A stretch of 64,000 bases of DNA from Antedon mediterranea (taxonomy: Eukaryota; Animalia; Echinodermata). The notes beneath the pieces were generated by a model that made no database searches, was not told the origin of the DNA, and saw nothing but the letters and a program-made list of their open reading frames with translations. Within the stretch, counting starts at the first letter, position 1, and each line of letters begins with the position of its first letter. Where the stretch lies: contig NC_092676.1 in NCBI RefSeq assembly GCF_964355755.1, positions 7,851,888 to 7,915,887 of the forward strand, read 5' to 3'. The translations under genes were made by a program, and so were the position numbers. Shown in pieces: positions 56,092-64,000 of the stretch.

Positions 56092-56429
56092 AGAAAGAAA
56101 TAAAACTACTGTACACTATCACAGTTTATCAAACTGATGAACAAACAAGAAAATTATACATTGAAAAAGAAAAAAAAGGTATATAAATTGTATATTAATG
56201 GATTAATAGATTTAAAGTTAGTAGATAAAATAAAACAGAAAAGCTAACAATTATAAAACTCACTACAACAAAACAGGCTTAAATTAAGAAGAAATTAATC
56301 TTTTGAAATTGTTTATTTGGGGAAAGCTAAACAAACTTTTGTGTTTATCAATTTCGTTCCAAATTTTGGCTCCACAGTAAGAAAAACACATGTGTATGAT
56401 TGCCAATGATAATATTTTATTTTTAACTT

Positions 56430-59400
56430 GTTAGTTATCCGCTTGGTATACCAAGCGGATAACTCCTTGTTATTGTATGAGATCAACATTTTTTGGTTAT
56501 CCGCAACTTTAAGTTGCGGATAACCCTTGTGATTGTAAATATCTTTTTTTTCATCTTCTTCTTTGTTATTCTTCTTTCTTTCCCGGATTTTTGTGCGTCG
56601 CATATCTCTCATCCTTGTCAACATAAGATTGTATAACTTTGTCAAAAGATTGACCTGTAGCTGTAGATGTGCAAGAAACTTCGTTATATGACGTTAGAGT
56701 TGCGCAGCGTAAGTTACGCGCGATTTTATGAATTTCAATGATTGGTCATAGATTATAAACCAAAAGTCGTTTTGTATTGACACTTGGTGAAAATTTAAGT
56801 CATATCAAGGGCAAACTTTCTATGGATTAAAAATGACATGTTTCACAAGAAGTTACGCGCGCACACGCATTTAAAATTTAAAAATGCGCAAAATTTATTT
56901 CTAATCAACTTTCTACGCCGATCATGACATTTTTAGCATGTCAAAAATTCCCACGCGCGCGAAAAAAATTACGCGTAAGGTGCGCACGGAGCATGAAAAT
57001 CATGTGTTTTTTTCTTGAATTATGATTTTACAGCCTTTCTTAGTCATTTTAAAAAAGATTTACATCATTTCAAATTAAAATGACGTCATAAGAACACGTT
57101 GATTTAGACAATTTGCGTGCGTTTTACTTGCAAAAGTGACAAAATATTGTCAAAATTATGCCTACTTTGAATCTATTATAGCTCCTCAGGATCAACCGTT
57201 ACCCCCAATTTTTTTAATTTAATATGTAAGCAGATATGTTGCAGATATGAATTCATGCAGAATCTTTACCCCTCAGATGTTATGACGTCATCGTATGGCC
57301 ACACGAATGTAAAATATTGGATTTTTGACTGTTTCGCTATTGCTCATTACATTAAATAGAGCGCATATCGCTTATACGTATTCCATTTCCTCAGATATTT
57401 TAATACTGTCTAGTTCAATCAACTATCTTTCGCATGAGTTAAAAATATTTTAATTTTTATGACGTCATCATGTCTAAAAATGTAAATAACGTGGGTCACC
57501 TATTTTCATCTTTACAGTAAATTTCAATCTGTTATAGCTCGTCAGAATAAAAAGTGATCATCATGATTAAAACGTTTTCTGGAAGCTATTGGATTGTAGA
57601 TACAGATTCATGTGAATATTTTGCCAATTAGATGTTGTGACGTCATTATATGGCCAGTTGAATACAACAAGTCGTATTTTCATATTTTGCGTCATAGTTC
57701 ATCACATTTAAAAGAGCGCGCATCTATATTTTACGGATTTAAATTTCTTAAAATTTGTATTACTGTAATTATTTAGATACTTATCTTCTAGAATTGTTAT
57801 CTTTATACGTCAATTTGATGACGTCATCGTGTTAATAATTGGATTTCAAAGATGGGTCTCGTAATATCGTCTATGCTACACTGTATATAACATATACAGC
57901 GTATTCTGTAAATACTGTAATATGATGTATGCTACAAAATAGGTACAATTCAGCACTGTTAACATATTTATTTCATGTCATAGGATGGAATAATAATTGT
58001 CGAGGTTCATATGGTTAAGTTTGTGCATGTTGCGTTTGCGCGGATAACCCGAACTCGTCAAAGTGACGAGTTCAAATCTAGTTTTCTGTATTATTCTTCT
58101 TTCCTTCCTTCCTTTTTGTGAGTCGCGTTTCTCTAAAATGTGTAAACATAACATTTCATAACTTTGACAACATATGGGCATTTACGTGAAGTTGTGCACC
58201 TCCTATTTTTGAATGACGTCATAGTTGCGCAACGTGACTTACGCGCAATTTTATGAATTTCAATGATTGATCATAGATTAAAAACCAAAAGTCATTTAGT
58301 ATTGACACTTTGACAAAATTTAAGTCATATCAGGGGCAAACTTTCTACGGATTAAAAATGGCATGTTTCACAAGAAGTTACGCGCGCACGCGCATTTAAA
58401 ATTTCAAAATGCGCAAAATTAATTTCTAATCAACTTTTTACGCGTTTCATGTCATTTTGAGCATGTCAAAAATTCCCACGGGCGCGCAATTTTTTACGCA
58501 CGCGGTGCGCACGTAGCGATAAAAACATATTTTTTTCTCTTGAATTATATTTTTCAAGCCTTTCCTAGTAATTTTGAAAACAATTTAGAACTTTTCCAGT
58601 TTAAATAACGCCATACGAACACGTTGAATTAGACAATTTGTGCGCGTTTTTTATGAAAAAGCTTAAAAAATCATCAAAATAATGTCTTTTTTTAAACAGT
58701 CATAGTTTCTAAAGTAAACCGTGAACCGTTTATTTTTATTACAAAATCTAGAAGTTGATGAGTTGCAGATATCGGATCATGCATCGATAAGGCTAAAAAA
58801 ACATTGTGACGTAATCGTATGGCCACACGAATGTAAAATATAGGATTTTTGTCTGTTTCGTTATTGCTCATCACATTCAATGGAGCGCATCACGCTTATC
58901 TGTATTCCTTTTTCTCCTATATTTATATATTGTCTAGGTCAATCAACTTTCTTTAGCATGAGATAAAAATATTTAAATTTTTATAACGTCATCATGCCTA
59001 AAAATTTTAATTACGTGGGTCATTAATTTCATCTTTACAGTAAATTTTAATCTGTAATAGCTCGTAAGAATAAAATGTGATAATCACGATTAAAACGTTT
59101 TCTGGAAGCTATAGGATTGTAGATACGAATTCATGTAAACATTTTGCCAATCGGATGTTGTGACGTCATCATATTGCCAGTTGAATAAAAAAAGTCGTAT
59201 TTTCATATTTTGCGTAATAGTTCATCACATTTAAATGTGCGCGCACCAACATTTTACGTATTCAAATTTCTTCTACACGTTAATATGTTGTTGCTAAGAT
59301 AATTTTCTTCAGAAATTGCTATCGTTGTGTTGTTTTTTTTATGACGTCATCATGTTAAATATTTGAATTAAAGGCAGGTCCCATAATTCAGTTAATATGT

Positions 59401-59641
59401 CATATAATATACAGTAGTACAATGTACACCAGCATAGTCTCTGATGTGAGCAAATTGTTGTTTGCCGCCCTCTGTATCACGTAGAATTAATGACTCCTTT
59501 TATACACAGTGTACTGTATAATTATAATACAAGGCGAAAATACAGGACCACCTCTTATTATAGTTTTTAACGTATGACGTGCACGTGGCATCTGTCGTGC
59601 GGATAACTAACTCGTCAAAGTGACGAGTTTCATGTCTAGTT
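56430..59641 (+). mobile_element. Two related Helentron-type elements, one (~56490-58083) nested in the other
   Basis: Two palindromic heads GTTATCCGC..GCGGATAAC, two similar ~1.5-kb bodies, two tails GCGGATAAC..ACTCGTCA-AAG-TGACGAGT..CTAGTT. Confidence 0.8.
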
Positions 59642-59952
59642 TAATTTCATTCTTGACACCTCACCAACAATTTCAGCAATTGACATTCCTCCTTGAACAC
59701 ATAACACCTTATCACACCCTACACAAACTCAATTAAACAAGTTACATGCCATGACTTCTATAACAAGTGTAAATAGTGATAATAGGCATCCCTCATGTAT
59801 CACACTACTCATCGTAAATTTTTGAAACACCCAGCAATTATTAGTTATTATACATTCAGTGTCCGAATTATAATTTGAGATTTCATAATTAGCTAATTAA
59901 ATGTATCATGTATACTAAACATTGCTTTTATCTATAAATAAATTATGTTTAA

Positions 59953-61175
59953 CTAGATGGTACGCTCGCTTCGCTCGCGTACCATCTAGGTCGTGCCCAC
60001 AGATGGTTCTCGAATACACAATAATTTCAGCGTTAAAAAACTGGCGATTTCAAATGTACAATAATGCAGGACAATTATATCGTTTACAGGAACGATTAAA
60101 TAGACACTGTGATTTATGTACTCAACTAAAATTAGCACACTGGGAATTACTTCCGAAAGAGAAAGTTGTCACAAAATGAGACCAATTGTTTAAGTCAAAT
60201 TTAAACAAACTTAATTTGTGTTTTGTATGTAACATTATGGTTGAGAGATGGCGAAGAGGATGGGTGCAAAGAGGAACAATATTTAAATATATTCTTTATT
60301 TTGTAACGAAATATTAATTAACATGTTTTACAAATAATATACCACTAAACACAGTAAAACATTGCGATGTAATACTTTGTTGAAACTATCACCGTCGTAG
60401 TCGATTGAAATAGTACAGTACATGTAACGATACACTACGACGTATGTTTATATATAATGTTAAACAATTTGTGAAAACCACCTCTATTCGGGGCAAATCA
60501 TAAATTCGATTTAATCGGTAATAAATATTAAATTACGGCGACTGAAAACGCTAGCTCATGGCGCTAGCTCATTCGTTTAAAAAAAATTATATCCAACGTC
60601 TGCAGCACAGATTGAAAAAAAAAATGGATCGAATGTCTGTTATGAGTATACAGTAGCCTACTTTCCTTTACGACGCCTGAGGGAATAGACACTTGTGGAA
60701 CGACACAGAGATTGGAATGTTCCATTCATCGCAAATCAATACATTTGTATAAACGTATATTAAATCTATCAAAATAGTATTTTTTAAAGAAAATCGGCCT
60801 GTCTTCAACATTATGATACTGTACTCGAGCTGTTCAACCGGTTTTCAGCTATTAAAAACAATTATCGTAGGAGGAGATAGGAAAATGCGAAGCCTCCTCG
60901 CATTTTTGTGGCGGGTATTTTTCAAGATGGACATCTATTAGACAGTGTATACCATGATCGGAAAACACCCCTATCTGGGGCAAATCGTTGAACCTAAATT
61001 CGTTTCAATCGTCAATAACTAATTATCTAACTTAATTTAATTAGTAAACAGGGTTACATCAGGTGGTTAAAATCAGTACCGAAAGTACGAACCAACTTTA
61101 CATACCATCGAGTAAAAATTCTAAAAGTAAGGCGCGATTTACCGAATTTTGCCCTTACGTACATTTATATATAGA
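59953..61175 (-). mobile_element. Non-autonomous Helitron (copy 2)
   Basis: 5'-TC...hairpin CTAGATGGTACGC-N11-GCGTACCATCTAG-3'; A|T insertion with no TSD, confirmed by the empty site at ~40024. Confidence 0.9.
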
Positions 61176-61300
61176 TTCTGAAATAGCATGTAAAACGCGT
61201 AGCAACTCCGTGTCGGTTTACTCAACCTAGCTGCTGTTCCATGTGTACCGCGATAGGTATATTCTACAACATTTTAGCAGGCCTGTACAATATTGTTCCA

Positions 61301-61328
61301 TTTTTAGTCGCGTGGAAGCGACTCTATA
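61301..61328 (+). mobile_element. 5' head of a HINE (same family as 9241-10055), interrupted by a LINE
   Basis: Identical TTTTTAGTCGCGTGGAAGCGACTCTATA. Confidence 0.75.
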
Positions 61329-63998
61329 TTTCAAGAATCTTTCATTCCACTAGTTAATAAACCCACCCGAATCACAAAAGATACCGCAACAGTAATTGAC
61401 AATATTTATACAAATTATCAGGAATTCCAAAATATTAACACAGGGATATTAGTTAACGACATATCTGACCACTTTGCAGTTTTCTGCATGGATGATTCAG
61501 AAAATTATTCATTACCACGATCAGAAAAATTTATAATAAAAAGAAGCTATACTGATCAACAAAAACGGCAATTTAGACTTGAATTACAGGGCTATGATTG
61601 GCAATATGTAACTAGCATTGAAAATTCGAATGAATCATATAAATGTTTCTCAGATTCTTTAAAAACAATGATAGATAAGCATTTCCCACTAAAAAGAGTT
61701 AGGTTAAAAGTAGATACAATTAAATCCCCGTGGATAACATATGGAATTCAAAAATCTCTTTGTACCAAAAATAAATTATACATCAAATATAAACAGAAAC
61801 CAACAGATATAAATAAATCTAAATATAAGAAATATAAGAATAAGTTAACATCAATAATAAGAGAAAGGAAAACTACTTATTACAAAAATGAATTTGAAAA
61901 GCACAAGAGTAATATAAAGAAAACATGGGGTGTCATAAACTCATTATTAGGTAGGATGAAACATCAAGACATGCCTCAAAAAATGAAAATCAACTCCCAT
62001 CAACTTAATGACCCAACATCCATAGCGAATGCGTTTAACACATACTTTATAAATATAGGTGACCAAATGACAGGTGATGATAACCGTAATAGTAACACCG
62101 AATATAAAATACAACATGACATTTTGAATTCAATGTTTTTTAGAGCTGTATCCGAGTCCGATATCATTAAATACATTAATGACTTAAATGTAAATAAGTC
62201 AAGTGGTTGTGATGACATTGGTACCATTTATATAAAAAATAACTCAGATATACTGGCTAAACCGTTATCTCATATAATCAATGTATCCCTTCAATCGGGT
62301 GTATTTCCTTGTCAACTAAAAATTGCTAAAACAATTCCTGTGTATAAAAAAGGAGCAAGGGAGAACATAGAAAATTATAGACCGATATCGATATTACCAT
62401 GTATATCTAAGGTATTTGAAAGGGTCGTATATGACCAAACAATCGCTTTTTTGTGTAAATATGATATGTTACATGAATCTCAATATGGATTCAGGGCAGG
62501 TCATTCAACTAACCACGCCCTCCTACAAGTCCTTGATAAAATAACAACAGCCGTTGACAACAAGCAATTTATGATTGGCGTATTTTTGGATTTATCCAAG
62601 GCGTTCGATTCGATAGATCATGAATTATTGCTCACAAAATTGCCCCATTATGGAATAAGAGGCGTGGTTCTTGATTGGTACCGAAGCTACCTTAGAGAAA
62701 GACAACAATTCGTACAAATTGGGAAGTGTCAGTCTGTAACCAAAATAATAAAACAAGGCGTTCCACAAGGGTCAATCCTTGGACCCCTGCTGTTTTTGAT
62801 TTTCATAAATGACATGTTTTCTGTAAGTAATGTCGTTGATTTAATAATGTTTGCAGATGATACGAATATGTTTTTACAACACAATGATATCGTCACTGCC
62901 TTTACAATAATGACAAATGAACTAAATAAATTAAATTAGATTAACTATTAATACAACCAAGACTACGTATATGTTATTTAGTGGAAAGAATACCAACATT
63001 GACACATCCCAATTTGTACTTTCTATAAATAGAGTTTCAATAGATAGAGTACCATATACTAAATTTCTCGGTGTCGTCATTGATGAGAAACTGAACTTTA
63101 GACACCATACAAATGCAGTTTCTTGTAAAGCATCCTCAATAATTGGTGCCATGTGTCATATAAAAAAATTAGTATCTACTGAAGTGTTACTTACCATATA
63201 CAAGACACTTATATTACCAGTGTTGACATATGGTATTATAGTATGGGGTGCGGGGAACAAAGACAATTTGGATCGCCTTCTATTGCTTCAGAAAAAAGCT
63301 CTTAGGATCATTTGTAAGGTAGACTTTCATCATCCCTCTTCTCAGCTCTTTGTGAAAACGGGCACATTTAATATATTTGATTTGTATAAAAACAGTGTTT
63401 TAAATTTTATGTTTAAATACCAAAAAGGACAACTTCCAAAATGTTTTAATTCTTTATTCAGTTTATTTGATAATTATCATACATATAACACTCGAAATAA
63501 AGACAATTATTGTATAAAATTAAAATCAACTAATATGGGTCAGCAAAGTATAGCATATAGAGGACCTAAGCTATGGAATCAACTTATAAGAAATATAAGA
63601 GAGAGTGAAAATATATCAATATTTAAAAAACTATTACTAAATAAATGCATTAATAGTTACCGTACAAAGAAACAATATATCTATGCGAAAACAACATTTG
63701 TAAAATATGTCTAACTTTAACTTAATTAATTACATTTTCGTATATATTCTGAGACTGATGTATATATATATATGTTATATTATAGTACGTTGTATTTTCC
63801 TTCATTTATTTACTACATGAAAACATTTTTTGTAATATATTTGTAAATTTATATTTTAAGTTAGGGTGCCACAGATTAAAAGCTTTGCTTGCTTGTGGTT
63901 ATCCTGTTTTTCACACTTTATTGTACTTAATCTTTTATTTATATTTTTAAGAGTGTTGTGTGAAAAATAAAAGAATCAATCAATCAAAAAAAAAAAAA
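61329..63998 (+). mobile_element. 5'-truncated CR1/L2-group (Crack-like) LINE with 3' tail
   Basis: End of APE (PTRIT..IDNI..SDHF), RT (YRPISIL, DLSKAFD, GVPQGS, FADDT); short deletion/frameshift near 62935; AATAAA + (ATCA)n + poly(A). Confidence 0.93.
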
Positions 63999-64000
63999 TA

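Overview
AT-rich, repeat-dense eukaryotic genomic DNA from an invertebrate animal (spliceosomal introns, CR1/L2-group LINEs, a Nin/Deu-type SINE; a marine invertebrate is inferred, not proven). The host genes are mostly innate-immunity types. (1) A Mab-21/cGAS-like receptor (cGLR) pseudogene is recognisable only after removing three TIR DNA-transposon insertions, one of which is itself a 3-level nest. (2) A probable second, divergently oriented cGLR relic lies at the left edge. (3) An HND-type kinase relic is split by a LINE. (4) A 3-exon secreted SUEL/rhamnose-binding lectin is intact. (5) The 3' four exons of a PARP14/15-like WWE mono-ADP-ribosyltransferase are present. A minisatellite-like C2H2 zinc-finger array (~25 fingers, variable mainly in the recognition helix) sits between two copies of a ~1.8-kb duplicated block carrying a Harbinger transposase remnant. 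The rest is one near-intact full-length LINE, three truncated LINEs, many non-autonomous DNA elements (Harbinger-, hAT5-, Kolobok-, AcademH-, Ginger-, IS3EU-like, Helitron, Helentron/HINE) and a 2-kb 39-bp minisatellite. All calls come from manual reading; no database search was run.
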